Positions 11,846 through 25,420 of a DNA stretch of 64,000 nucleotides are shown piece by piece. The stretch spans positions 64,482,001-64,546,000 of the forward strand of contig CM052817.1 of assembly GCA_028534125.1 (NCBI GenBank). Direction: 5' to 3'. The notes beneath the pieces were generated by a model, which saw only the letters and a program-made list of their open reading frames with translations, was not told the DNA's origin and ran no database searches. Every line of letters begins with the position of its first letter. The stretch's first letter is position 1. The DNA is from Lama glama. Lineage: Eukaryota. A program made the translations under genes and the position numbers.

Positions 11846-13871
11846 ATAACTTACAATATCCCTGACCAGTACTTCTCAAATCTGTGCATCAGACACAAAG
11901 AAAGTGTAAGAAATTATCAAAGTCAAGAGGAGCCTAAGGAGACATGACAACTAAATGTAATGTGGTATTCTGGATGGGATCCTGGAACAGAAAAAAGATA
12001 TTAGGTAAAAACTAAGAAAATCTGTATAAACTATGGCTTCAGTAATAATGATGTATCAATACCAGTTCATTAATTATACCAAATTATTACCACACCAATG
12101 CAAAATGTTAATAGGAAAACTGTGTGTGATGGGAGGAGGGGAGTAATATGGAACTTTCTATACTACCTGTTCATTTTTTCTGTAAATCTAAATTAAAAAG
12201 GAAAAAAAAGCCAACAGTGCAACTCACATACATGTATCCATGGAGATGGTTGGTGGTGATGGTTGCAAAATGTGAACATACTTGCCACAGAACTGTACAC
12301 TTAAAAATGGTTAAAATAATAAATAAAAAAATAAAAACCATAAGGCTACAGATCTTTTTCAATTTTATTGTAATGAAGATTTATTTGCCAAGGAAAGAGG
12401 ATGGAATATATTTTAAGTTTGTTATCTTGATTCAAATAGTATGTAGATACAATTTATATCTATTCAAGTTTCCTTTAACATGTAGAAAGAAACAAAAAGA
12501 TCATTTCAGATATGCAAGGCTGAGAAAATATACCATCCATGAATCCTTCTTGAAAAAGTAACATAAAGACATATAACAAATGACCTTAAGAGCTCAAGAT
12601 CAGGAGATCTCTGGCAGTGTGAATGCATTCCTACTGCTCAGGTCTCTCAACTCCAGCTCAAACGCCAACTACTTCCCCTAAGTAGGCAGGGAGAGAGTAT
12701 ACGATAAGTTCTGCTTAGAGCTCTTCCAAAGAGTGAGTGAACGTGGGTTTTCCCTTTTAGGCCAAATGAAATTTTGGGGTCCTGCAGAAAGAGTAAGAGC
12801 TCTAAGGTGAGGACTGAAAAGTCATTGATATCATACACGATAAATGATATCATATCAGATCTCATTCCTTTTCACATGTCTGGCCCTTAGGGATAAGTGG
12901 GGAAACGACAGACTGACTGAGTTCTTCCTGCCCCAGAATTTGAGGAGTCAAGGGGGGCAGAGAGTTCTCAGTAGCGGATACACAACCTTCTGGCTTGAGT
13001 GCCAGCGGGCTGCAAGAGAGTGCCTCTCAGAACTAGTGGAGTTGCACTGGAGCAAGGGTGGAGCCCTGTGGAGGCAAAGGAAAATGCCAAGGCCCCAGTT
13101 CTAGCAACCAGAGTGAGGAAGAACAAGCAGAACACCGAGAACTGAGATTACCTCCTGAAACAGAGCTACACTGAAGGACAAAGAAGCCATCTTAAACATA
13201 CAAAGTGAAAGTGCTTAAGGAAATCTGATTCTAAATCACAAACCATGGATTTAAATTTTTTTAATTAACTAGATAAATCAAAGTGGAGAAAGATCACTTT
13301 TAGACCCTGATTAATTAAAGGTCAAGTCAGAGACCTATCTCACAACTTTAAGCAAGTATTGAAAAGAATGGGACTCAAGAGAAAAGATGACTACTGACCT
13401 GGACAGATCCAAGGGCATCTCTCAAGAAATCACAGAGTTCCAGGAGAAATTAACTAAATACAGATGAAGGAAAGGCAATTACTAAACAAATCAATAAAAG
13501 AAAATGTAAGTGTGTAGAACAAAGGGGCTAGGAGCCCCAGTTAGGGTAGTTTGAGAAAATACACACACCTAAATTAGCTTCATAAAATTTTTATTTCAAG
13601 GATAAAATTATACAAGCTTCTAGACTAAAAGAAAAGATTGAGAGAGAGAAAAAGAATCATTTTCCCATCCCACCCCCAAAAAGATCAGTACTGGATTTCT
13701 TTTTTTTAAATCTCTAACAAGACAAGGTAAAATTAGTTTAGCTTCTTTCTTAATCAAGTTTGAGCCTTTTCTTGAGTATTTTGTTAAGATAGTGTAGATG
13801 GCTGGTATAGTCTCTGAATATTTCGCTATCTGGAATTCTTTTTTCCACTTAGAAAGTGAAAGATGACACTT

Positions 13872-14042
13872 GTATAATACATAGTGTGCCAGGCACTGTT
13901 CTAAGCATTTTAAAAGTATTAACTCTTAATCCTCATAATAACCCCATGAGGTAGATGCTGTTTTAATCCTTATTTTACAGATGAGGAATGAAAGCATAGA
14001 GTTTAAAAACTTACCCAAAGTCACAGGCTGGTAAGTGGCAAA
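13872..14042 (-). mobile_element. MIR SINE
   Basis: Core tgtgccaggcactgttctaag...ttttacagatgaggaa...cccaaagtcac. Confidence 0.85.
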
Positions 14043-15242
14043 ACCTTTTCTCTACTAATATCCGCCAGTGTGCAATATAACTTTAAAAGCCATAAAGCAG
14101 AATAGAGTGACACATTATAGAAAAGGCAACTCATGCAGATACAATGGTCATAAATCTGTAACACTAACAACATACAGTTTTCAAAGAAATTCACAATTTG
14201 TGATTGAGAAAAAAATCCTAACTCAAGTCACTAAATGGTATACTTGTAAAAGCACTTATAGTGCAAAACAAATAATCTCATAGAAAATAGTAGAAATAAC
14301 TTGACTATGGATATATGCAGAAGAGTAAATACTAATAGGCAGAATTGTCAATCCAGAAACACACATGAAAATAGTTTCAAAACTCTGTTACACAGAGAAA
14401 TATCAAGTAACAACGACATACTACTTTACATCTGTCAGATTGTTAATAACAGCCTCAGTTAACACTCTACCAGTCTTTACCATGGCTGAGAAAGCCTACT
14501 GACCTCATTTCTTTCCACTTTTCTCCTATCACTCAGACACACCGTCCAGCTAGTGATCTTCAAATGTAAGACACCGTCCCCTCTGCCTAAAACACTTTCT
14601 CCTTAGATATTATCATGGCTTACTCCTTCCCTTAAACAGGTCTTTGCCCAAAAGTCAACTGCTCAGAAATTTGCCCTGATCACCCAGTCTAATACAGAAT
14701 CTCCCTCCCACAGTGCTCCCTCTGCTTACCCTACTCTATTTTTCCTTACAGCACTTGCAAGTTACCTGTTGTAATGGATTGTTTTATTGTATTTGTGCAG
14801 TATTTGTTAGATCATATTCATTTTGTTGTATTTGTTTACTGTCTATCTCTGTCAGTAGACCCGAAACTCCATGGATGCAAAAACTTCTTCACTCTAATAT
14901 CTAGAATAGTGCGAGACATATGGCAGAGACATTCAGTATTTGTTGATGCAACGGACAAATACACAATGAGCAAACGACTACCACTAGTAAAGGTACTAAG
15001 AAAATGGAACTCTTTTACATTTGTGGGTGATATGTGGATTTATAACATTTTTAAACTTACGTAAAATTATGCATGTGTATGACAACACTTCCTTTAACAC
15101 AGCATTGGGTCACCATTCCCATAATCTAAATAAAGCCCTAAAACATAAGGACATATGCATAGGAAGGATATTTGTAATGGTACTACTTGCAGAGGAAAAA
15201 ACTAGAAACAAGATAGAATGCTCATCAATAAAGATATGGTTG

Positions 15243-15927
15243 AACAGTGTGGAGACTCCTCAAAAGACTAGGAATAGACTTACCATATGACCCAGGAATC
15301 CCACNNNNNNNNNNNNNNNNNNNNNNNNNNNNNNNNNNNNNNNNNNNNNNNNNNNNNNNNNNNNNNNNNNNNNNNNNNNNNNNNNNNNNNNNNNNNNNNN
15401 NNNNNNNNNNNNNNNNNNNNNNNNNNNNNNNNNNNNNNNNNNNNNNNNNNNNNNNNNNNNNNNNNNNNNNNNNNNNNNNNNNNNNNNNNNNNNNNNNNNN
15501 NNNNNNNNNNNNNNNNNNNNNNNNNNNNNNNNNNNNNNNNNNNNNNNNNNNNNNNNNNNNNNNNNNNNNNNNNNNNNNNNNNNNNNNNNNNNNNNNNNNN
15601 NNNNNNNNNNNNNNNNNNNNNNNNNNNNNNNNNNNNNNNNNNNNNNNNNNNNNNNNNNNNNNNNNNNNNNNNNNNNNNNNNNNNNNNNNNNNNNNNNNNN
15701 NNNNNNNNNNNNNNNNNNNNNNNNNNNNNNNNNNNNNNNNNNNNNNNNNNNNNNNNNNNNNNNNNNNNNNNNNNNNNNNNNNNNNNNNNNNNNNNNNNNN
15801 NNNNAAAAAAAAGAAGTCATGAGGAGTAATAGAAATGGTCACTGTGTAAACTAAGAGCAGGAATAAAAAAAATTGCTGTAAAGGGTTTAGTGAAATATTG
15901 TTATTAAATTTGGAATTGTGAAAAAAA
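15243..15927 (+). mobile_element. Young 5'-truncated L1 insertion with probable 3' transduction
   Basis: L1 ORF2 C-terminal frame (WRLLKRLGIDLPYDPGIP); perfect 16-bp target-site duplication AATAAAGATATGGTTG at 15227-15242 and 15928-15943. Confidence 0.85.
15305..15804. other. Assembly gap (500 N) inside a young L1 insertion
   Basis: N run with L1 sequence on the left and an A-tract on the right. Confidence 0.98.
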
Positions 15928-16157
15928 AATAAAGATATGGTTGGATAAAACATGGTACATACACAGCAAAAACTGCACAGGCTTTAAAATAACTGAAAGT
16001 AGATCTACGCCTATTAACATAGAATTTATACTAAAGAGTAAGCAAGAAAAGCAAGATGCAGATAAGTGTACATAATGTGAACCCATTTTATAAAACAATG
16101 ACAAACCTCCACTCTGTGTATATACATAAGCATAGTAAAGGGTGAAGTAACAGATTT

Positions 16158-16274
16158 GGGGGGGGCATGGAATTATGTTTATTTTATTTATTTTAAAGGC
16201 AGTACTGGGGTTTGAACCCAGGACCTCGTGCATGTTAAGCACGCACTCTACCACTGAGCTACACTCTCCCCCAG
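16158..16274 (-). mobile_element. tRNA-Ala-derived camelid SINE (vic-1 type)
   Basis: A box TAGCTCAGTGG, B box GGTTCAAACC, AT-rich tail; duplication GTAACAGATTT at 16147-16157 and 16275-16285. Confidence 0.85.
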
Positions 16275-16399
16275 GTAACAGATTTTTAGTAATGATTATG
16301 TGGGGTTTGGTTATGGAAAGGAAAACAGTTTTCTTTTGAAAAATGTCCACACCAAAATAAACACCAGACATAGCTGTTTTATGTACAATTACAAGTGTG

Positions 16400-16915
16400 A
16401 CAGATACTGTCAGCTGTCTATCCAACAGCCATCCTCTATCATCCTTTCTCACTATCAAAGTCTACCTCTCAATGCAGACGCAGAAAATGCCAGAAGCACC
16501 CTTTCCCAGCCTGCGCTGCAGCTGAGGCATGACCATGTAATCTGCCCGATGGAAAGTAAAAATCTGCCCGAAGGAAAGTAAAAATCTGCTAGGATCTCCT
16601 CGGAAAGATTTCTTTTCTCCTTGAAAAGAGAGACACAAGGAAAAGCAGATTATTTCTTTATTTCTTGCTTTCAAACAGAGTTATCTGAGGAAGTTATGGC
16701 TGGAGCTGTGAGAGCCATCTTGTGACTATGAAAGGAAAGCCAAGAAAATCAAGAGATGCCAGTCCAAAGCCCTGGCTTTGCTAAACTGTTATAAACCCTG
16801 TAACCTTCAACCTCTTGTCTTCATATTACATGTTATATATTTAATTAATAAACCTCTATTGTTGATATTACTTTTGGTCAAATATTTGGGGCAACTGCAG
16901 CCCAACACCTTAACT
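16400..16915 (+). mobile_element. Old MaLR LTR (MLT1-like) with an internal 22-bp tandem duplication at 16539-16589
   Basis: ctggagctg...gccatcttgtgactatga motif; AATCTGCCCGAWGGAAAGTAAA twice plus a partial third copy. Confidence 0.55.
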
Positions 16916-18499
16916 AGTCCTGTGTTCTGTGGATATTATGAATACATGAGAATCTGGCCATCAACATATTAACAGTTCTCATGCTTTTATAAATTGTATT
17001 TTTAATGAACAAATACAATTTATATGGTCAAATAAAAATAATAAAGCTAATTTCATTATTTTTGAAAATGATGACTTCAGGGTCAGGCAGTAAATAAGAC
17101 AAAGTAGTTACAAATATAAATACTGTAAATGTGGCCATAAAACAATGTAAACTGTCGAAAGTACTACTCATTGAAAATGTGGACAGTGTAAAAAAAGTTT
17201 TAATAATAATCTAGCCTCTAAAAAGACTGAAAATAGTAAAAGTTTGAGGATTTTGTTAAATAAGAAGAGCTAAAAATACTACATCATGGACTAGTTAGCA
17301 TTGATGAAGAATATAAGAATACTATGCAAAGTTAAAATATCCATTACAAGAATCAAAAATAAAATACACATTTCAGAAAGACAAAAGCAAAGAAAATAGT
17401 TTAAAGCAAAACACTGAAAAAGGAGCAACCTAACATTTTAAGAAACTAAAAAGATGATTATCACCCCAAAGATATAAATTATAACAATAGGTTAGTCTTC
17501 TGTATTAAAGACAGGCAAACTCAGAAAGGATTAAAGAGGCCAAAATCTGGTTTCAAACTGAAAATAACAGACAGAGGATCAATTTACCTTTCTTCCTTCC
17601 CATAATCATAACAAATTAACAGTGAAGAGGAATACCAACTTCTGATGTGAAATTGTGTGAATCAGCATCTTTCCCTTTCTCCTCCTGGAAACTGGGCAAA
17701 AACAGTAATACAGGGAGGAGGGAAACTTTGTGGTGTTCCTCAGTGAAACACAGGATAATCCAGAGACACCGAAACATAGATAAGTACAGCCAGAAGCACC
17801 TAAGATTGTGTAAACAGGGATGGCACAGTGGTGGCAGATAGCAGAGAGCGCCAGGAATATACACCTGCACCCAAAAATGCATGTCTTTCTTTATGACAAC
17901 AGTGCAAGAACTAAAGTGAGGGCTGTCACAGGCAAAGGGGAATGGAAAGCTTAGATGGCATCAAGAAGGCCCAGCACTAGAAAATGTGAGAAATGCCAGA
18001 ACAGTACATTTACATTACAGTTCACTAACCTTTTAATATGAGTGCATCAAAGACTCCATCAGAAATAAAGTGAAAAAACAGCAAAACTGACCAACAGATG
18101 AAGAGTACTCCTCCAGAGAATATGAAAAGTCACAGTAACAAAGAATAAAATGGTTATTTTCTTCAGGCTGTTCTGCTAGCAACTGAAATCCAACTAATTT
18201 AAGGGTGGAGGTTATTTGCTCACAGAATGTAGAAATTATCAAATGAAAAGTAGAAAGAGCAGGGAAACAGATGGGCTTCAGTTACAACTGGAACCAGGAA
18301 CCCCCAAAACACCAGTTCTCACTCTCCTTACTGATTCTGGGGCACGTACACACACGCACGCATGCACACCCACACATTTATCTTGGGAAAGGACTACAAA
18401 TGTGGCCAAGGTGAAGTTTTATAAAAACAGGGCAGCAATTTTCAATCCTGGCTACACATTTAATTACCTGGTTACTACCTGAGAAGCTGTCAAAAATAC

Positions 18500-21100
18500 T
18501 AGAATGGAAAAACTTGGTAATAAAATGGGTAAAAGATTGACACAACATACACACAAAGCCTATAAAATATATTCAACACCACTCAAAATAAAGAACATAA
18601 AAACTACCAAAATACCATTTCTCCTCTTTCCATTCGCAAATACTATATAAGTAGTAACAACACACTCTGTTGGTGAGGCCCTGGGGAAACAAGCGCACAC
18701 ACACTGCAGGTGGTAATGCACACTGATGCAAACCTTAAGGAAGGGACTAACAAAACTACATATATACCTACCTTTTAACCCAACAATCCCATTTCCGGTA
18801 GTTTAATCTGAAGATCCATGAAAATTGAACTGCAAGATTATTCATTGCAGCACTGTTTGTAATTACATATATTGGAAAGCATTTGGTTATATGTAACTAA
18901 GTGGTTGAATAAACTATGGGACAATGAAGTACACTTTAGATGTAAAAATAAGATCTCTGTGGACTGAAGTGGAACAACTTCCAGCATACATTGTCAGGCA
19001 AAGTAAACAGTGCAAAAGATATCTATAACGTTACTCTTTGCGTAAGAAGAGTACGTAAGAAAACAAACATGTATCTACTCCTTTACGCAGAAGAAATAAA
19101 GGAAAGATAACCAGGATTCGCATGAATTTGGTTACCTATATGAGAAAGGTTGGAACGGGGTAGAAAGGACAGAAAGAATTAGGGGAAGAGAAGGATGTAA
19201 TTTTTCTGAGTCTAACTTTATAAACCATTCTGACTTTTGGAACTATGCTAATGTTTTATACATGCAAGGAAGAAGAAAGGGAAGGGAGATGGGGAAGAGA
19301 GAAGGGGGAGGGGTAAAGGGAGGGAGGAAAAAAGGGAAAAGAAGGGAAGAGAAAAAAAGGAAATGAAAGGGGGAAGGGAGGAGAGGAAACAAGATGTGAT
19401 GGGGACAGGGAGTCCTAAAATGGAATTCAAACAGAAACAAATGAGCAAAATATTTCAAATGATAACATAGCTACACCAAAGGAAAGGATTGGTAGGAGAG
19501 AGAAATGAAGATTTGAACAGTGTTTGAACTAATGCCCTAAATCTAGAGATAAAAATGAACGCTAAACATATCTCGAATTCTTAGAGTTCCTTTTTGCAAA
19601 GGCATAGGCTAGCAATTATGAAACTATTTTGTTTATTCTAGGATTGAATAATGTATTGGGGATGATATCCTGCTTCCTCACTGTACACAGAAAAGAATTA
19701 CATATATGGGAATAGAGAACAGAAAGACGGCTGTTTTGGGTTGGAATTAGATACCAGTGTGAAATAATCATGGATTTAAGGGGGCATGTGCGTGTGTCTG
19801 TATATATGAATATGATTAAAGAAAGAGAGATATGTGGTTATGTATACATACAAACTTCTATCTCCTAGCTCTGTCTCCTGTGAGAACTTGCAAGCAACGA
19901 CACCCTGGTAACAATGAGTATACCAACTGCCCAGATCTTGGTTACCAAAGTACATTGTCTAAAGGAATCAGGGCTCCATGGAGATATCACCAATTTCAGG
20001 GCTGAAGTAGAGAAAGTACAAGGGGAGTCAAGAGAAGCCTGGGGACATCCTTTTGCATCCAAAAGAAAATTCCACTCAATGATGCCAGCACGTCAAAGGA
20101 TAAGGAGCCAGCTTGATGGGGTTCCCACTGGCTGAATCTAGGGTATGAACATCAAAATAATTACAGTAAAGGATTATCAACTGAATAAAATAGAAACCTC
20201 TACTCTGCACTGAAATTAACTAACTAATTACTTAACGGGAATCTCTTTCTTACAACAGGAAACCAACTAATAGATACAGAATGACAATGGAAGTAGGAAA
20301 AAAAAATTTGGCAATCATCATAACTGAAGGCACAAGACCATCAATGGGTACTAAAACTTTTTGGTTAATATTTGTGGACAAACAAGAAGTTCCACTAAAA
20401 GATATATAACTGCTACAAAGGAAAAATTAGTAAGTTTATATTGGAGACACCCACAGAAATCACCTTAATCAAGTGATCAAAGTTAACATCACCAGTAATG
20501 GAACAAACTGGTATCATGTGCTCCCTGATATGGTGCCCCGACTTCTATTGTATATTTGCCAAGTTTGTAACCTGATTCTAACCATGAAGAAACATTATTG
20601 AAACCCACACTGAGAAATATTCTACAAAATAACTGGCATATGCTCTTTAAAAATGTTAATGTCCTTAAACATAAAGGAGGGCTGAGAATCTGTTCTAAAT
20701 TAAGGAGACTAAAGGGGTATGATGACAGAATGCAATGTATGAACGGAGGCTTTCATCTGCTAACAAATAAATTATTGGCACAGATGGTAAAATCTGAATA
20801 TAATTTATAGATTATATTACTGTACTAACGTGAACGTCTGATTTGATCATTGTATTATGGTTATATAAGAGAATGTCCTTTTAGAAAGTATACACTAAAT
20901 ATTTTAGGGAACACACCCTGAAGTGTTTAAGGCAAAAGAGGACATCAGCTTATTCTCAAATAGTTCAGAAAAAATTTAGAATAAATAGGATAAAATGCTA
21001 ACATTTGATGAATCTGGGTGATGGGTGTATGGAAATTCTTTGTGCTACTCTTAAAATTTTCTGTAATTTTGAAATTATGTCAACTAAAAAGCTTTAAAAA
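18500..21100 (+). mobile_element. Old L1 3' region (L1MC/MD-like) with a purine-rich tract at about 19267-19400
   Basis: aatcaagtgatcaaagttaacatcaccagtaatg, gaatctgggtga...ggaaattctttgt motifs. Confidence 0.7.
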
Positions 21101-21880
21101 TGCTTATCTGGAGTTCACATATGATAACTCTTATAGGTCTTAAGTGAAATCCAAGAGTTTGACCTAAGTCTATAAGGACCTCAGGGAGTAAGGAGAATCA
21201 ACAGCTCCTAGAAAAAAGTGGTTCAGGGCAGGTGACATCAGTGATACCTACTGCAATGGAAAAATACTAGTAATTTCTCTGTACGATAAAGCACAATTAA
21301 CAATGGAAACTTATCTTTTAGCATCTAATAACTTTGTGTTGAATTGTATAAAGCAAAAACTGTTACAAATACATGGAGAAAATAAACATATCTACAAATC
21401 CAACAGAGCAAAAGCTTCATTAGGTGAGAAATTTTTGTTCCACTTTATTAGTGTAAATTAGCCTGGCACATAGTAAACATTTAATAATAAATGTATTTTC
21501 ACACATTTACATAATATAAACTCAAGATTATAATCATTGGGGTGGAACCATGTCTATTCTGTTCTCCTGTCTATTCAGCACTTAGAAGTGGCTGGCACAT
21601 AATAGATGCTTAAGGATTATTTGCTGAATGGCTAAATACTGAGTCTTGTGGGAGACTGAGTGGTAAGAAACACCTTTAACAGATTAGAATCCCAGTAAGA
21701 TATTAAAAAAAAAACTAACGTGCATGTTCCCTCCACCTTCTAATTTGCAGCTTAATCAGTTGATACCACAAGTGAGTAAGATATATACAAGCTCTTTCTT
21801 TATATGAAGTATTTGTGTTACTGCAGATGACATGGTTTATACTCGCAAAAATTGTGTGACCTTAAATAGGTAACTAGTCT

Positions 21881-22012
21881 TATTTTTTATTAAGTTTTTT
21901 TTTAAAGGAGAAGTTGATTTACTTATTTTGGAGGAGGTACTGGGGATTGAACGCAGGACCTCATGCATGCTAAGCATGCGCTCCTATCACCTGAGCTGTA
22001 ACCTTCCCCCCT
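21881..22012 (-). mobile_element. tRNA-Ala-derived camelid SINE (vic-1 type)
   Basis: ggaggtactggggattgaac...catgctaagcatg; imperfect duplication taggtaa... Confidence 0.8.
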
Positions 22013-23847
22013 TAGGTAATGAGTTTTGCTATGTAATTACTGTGCCCCCAACCCTGCAAAATCCCATATTCCACAAAGTACCGATCAGCATAAAACCAGC
22101 ATTACCACTTTGGGCAAAGTCTTAACTGTTTAACTAAGAGTTAACAGTGCCATGTGGCAAGATAACTCATTCAGTTATCTGGGAATTTTTGTATTTATGT
22201 TAGAGTCTAATTAAGTTAAGTCAACCAAGTGTAAACAAACAATGGAGGCTTAAGAGAGGCTGTTTTATGGCCAATGTGGCCCAACTGGTATAAACTCACA
22301 TTAATAAGCTCACATTACCAGGGATACCTTTTATGGCATTTTTTCAAACTGCACGTTGTGACTGATTAGATGAAAAGGACCAAGACCAAAGATTTAAAAA
22401 GAAATAGATAAGCATAAAAAAAATCTCAAAATGCATTCATTCCCTATGGTACAGCTGAGTACAGCTGAGTGAAACTTTTGTTTTGGTATACATATATAAA
22501 CAGAGCCAAGATATAAAATGTATTCTTGTTGTAGGCTGCAGTAATAAATACATTAAAAAATGTTGTTTTTATGTTTTAGAACTCTTTCAGTAGAGCCTAC
22601 CCATCTCTGCAGACTTTGTGACATTTCATTCAGGTACATGTCTTTATCCAACTCAACTGTCAAACTGTCACAAAAAGAATGCAAAACTCTGATCCTAAAG
22701 CATATGAATGCACACACAACTAGTTCTTCAGATACTTGTCCAAAAGTGAAACTCATTGCTATTTGAAACTTTTAAAATCTCACTTAAGAAACTATAGAGC
22801 ACAGCTGTCTAACAGAACCTCCTACAATGATAAAATGTCCAGTATCTGAGCTATTGTTTTGGACATTACAGATACAGATTGTTAAGCCTAGTGTGGTCAG
22901 TGGACCACAATAATCATCACAGGAATCACGTAGGAGCTTCTTATAAATGCAGAATTACAGGCCTGACTCCAGGCATAATGAATCAGATTGACCAGCTGAT
23001 TCACATGCACAATGAAATATGAAAAGCACCAATCTAAAGGACTGGTTCTTAAGGGACACAGTACCACTGACTACTACCATAACCAGAAGAAATTTATAGG
23101 ACACTTGATTATAACAGTTATAGGTGGAGTACTCCCAGCATTATTAGGGATAAGCAATATATAGATACACACACTGAAGAGCTAGTATCACAAACAACAT
23201 TCAAATATCCTGCCAGATATTTACGTAATTTTTTTAAAAATCTATAATATTGAAATCTTGAATCTAGCTGTATTACCTAACTTTATCTAACACTTAGTTT
23301 TTCAGTTTCAATATACTCTGAATTTACCCGAAATATCTAAGTTGAAAATACATATACTTTTTGTCCAGAGCTCAGTCCTAAGTATTATTCACCATTTCAG
23401 AGAAATTTAATACCTTGCATTTAGAGTTGTCACATTCAAATTGTTATTAGACATGGGTTCAATTATCTGACTACTTTCATTATATAGTTAACTTTTGGGC
23501 TAAAATTTTACTAAAAACTACTTCCCTCTAATTTCCCGTTATTATTCTATTGTTATTTCTATTATTCTCTAGTTAGCTAATTAACTTTTTAAAAACAAGC
23601 GGTAAGCAGGTTATATTGCCTGTAAATTTCATTTTAAGATGATAGGAGTATGCAATGACACATTTGCTTTTACATATGAAGTGAGGTGTTGGACAGATTT
23701 AAGAACCACTGGTTTAAGGATTTATGCAGCCATTATCATACCTGTAGAGTAGGGGCCCTTAATACAGGAATACAAGGTTACTCAGCCTAGAGAACCCATT
23801 GAATGGCTTCAGAACAACAGAAATCCTAAACAGTACATACAATTTTG

Positions 23848-23848
23848 T

Positions 23849-23885
<37 letters not shown>
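23848..23885. repeat. (CA)n(TA)n compound microsatellite
   Basis: Directly visible. Confidence 0.95.
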
Positions 23886-25207
23886 GCTACCCTGGAGGGT
23901 AACACAAAACTTTGTTCCATCAAAAGCTGTTAGATTAAGCACCATTACATTATAAGCTGAGACTGGATACACTGGGCTGGATCTCAAAATGTGGTCAAGC
24001 CCTGCACCCAATTACATTTATGGAACTAGTTTGCATCACTTCATCAGCCTATATTAACTATTAAAAAAAATCCCATGAAAGTCAGTATTACTACAGAATG
24101 TCAGCTACTGCATTATGCACAGTATGGGTACTGTTTTAGAGACCCATGGAAGAAGACCAACACTCTTTTCACACCTGCTCTGCACCAAGCACTGCACTTC
24201 ACTCTGACACACATGGCCTCATTTAAGTCTCACAGCTGCCCTCTGACACAGGTTTCACTCCTTGTTTCATAGATGAGAAAACTGGATTTGAGAGCTCAAC
24301 TAAATGACTAAACTTAAACATTGAATAGATGGCAGAACTAGAATCTGAACTGAGGCTGTCTGACCCCAAAGCATGCGTGTGTGCGTTTCTGGAGCAGGTT
24401 GCTGTTTTTTCTTTAACTTTAGTGTGGAGTAGCTACTGAATCCTGTCTTCCTTTGGTATAGCCTGCTGGATACTTACAACAAAAACTGTGTCCCACAAAA
24501 GGCAGTTGCCCAAGCACAACATTAACATCTTTGAATGCTTCTCATTTTACCTGGTTACTAGAATGGGCGTTATGGAATGCATTTTGCACACTAACCTCAC
24601 ATTTGGCTTAGTCTTTTCTCACATTTTCCCCCATCTTCATTTTTTTAACTTCCTATAATAAAGTAAGAAACAAACAAAGGCATATCACATGCTGCTTTAC
24701 ATAGTACAGGAAATATATTATTAAAGTAGTCCTTCAGAGTGAGTACAAGCTTTGTTGGATGATTTAGAAAACACTTTGCAATCATTTTTATTAAAAACAC
24801 CAAGTATCACTTTGAGAATAAGTATATAAGCTCCAGTATTTTTAGGTAGAGAACTCTGGTTACCTTGACTGCTTCCTAAAGAGTAGTAAAAGAAGTCTTA
24901 ACATGCAGGTGCACAATGAGCATCTGAAGCCACGGGCAAAAAGCAGAGAGGTCAGTTGAAATGTCTTTTAGCATAAGAACCCAGACAGTACCAGGTACAA
25001 TCAGAAGAAACTGCAGTGGACTCAGACATTGTCTAAGTAGAGGGGAGAGAAAATAAATGATGATGCAAATCACACTGTTGACTGAACTGGTAATAAAGCC
25101 ATCAGGTGGTACAGGGGTTAAGGGCTTGCTGAAAGTAAAAAGGAAATGAAAAGAGGGTAAGAATATTTGGTTTTTGTCAATATCATCACTACAAAACATT
25201 TAGAGTA

Positions 25208-25420
25208 AAGGTCAGCAAACTTTTTCTACAAAGGTCCAAGTAGTACTATGTTACACTTTGCAGGCTAGTCTGTCACTAGTCAACTCCATCTTCGTAGCAC
25301 AAAAAGCATCATAGACATATGTGAACAAATGGGTGAGGTCATACTTAAAAAAAAAAAAAAAGATTTACAAAACAGAATGCAGGCCAAATACGACCTATGA
25401 GCTGTAGTTTGCTGACCCGA
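25208..25420 (+). mobile_element. MER58A-like DNA transposon
   Basis: Inverted termini ggtcagcaaact ... agtttgctgacc. Confidence 0.75.

Noticed and set aside
15225..15953. ORFs of 180-242 aa
   Set aside because: Artefacts of reading through the N gap; the short real part is L1 ORF2.
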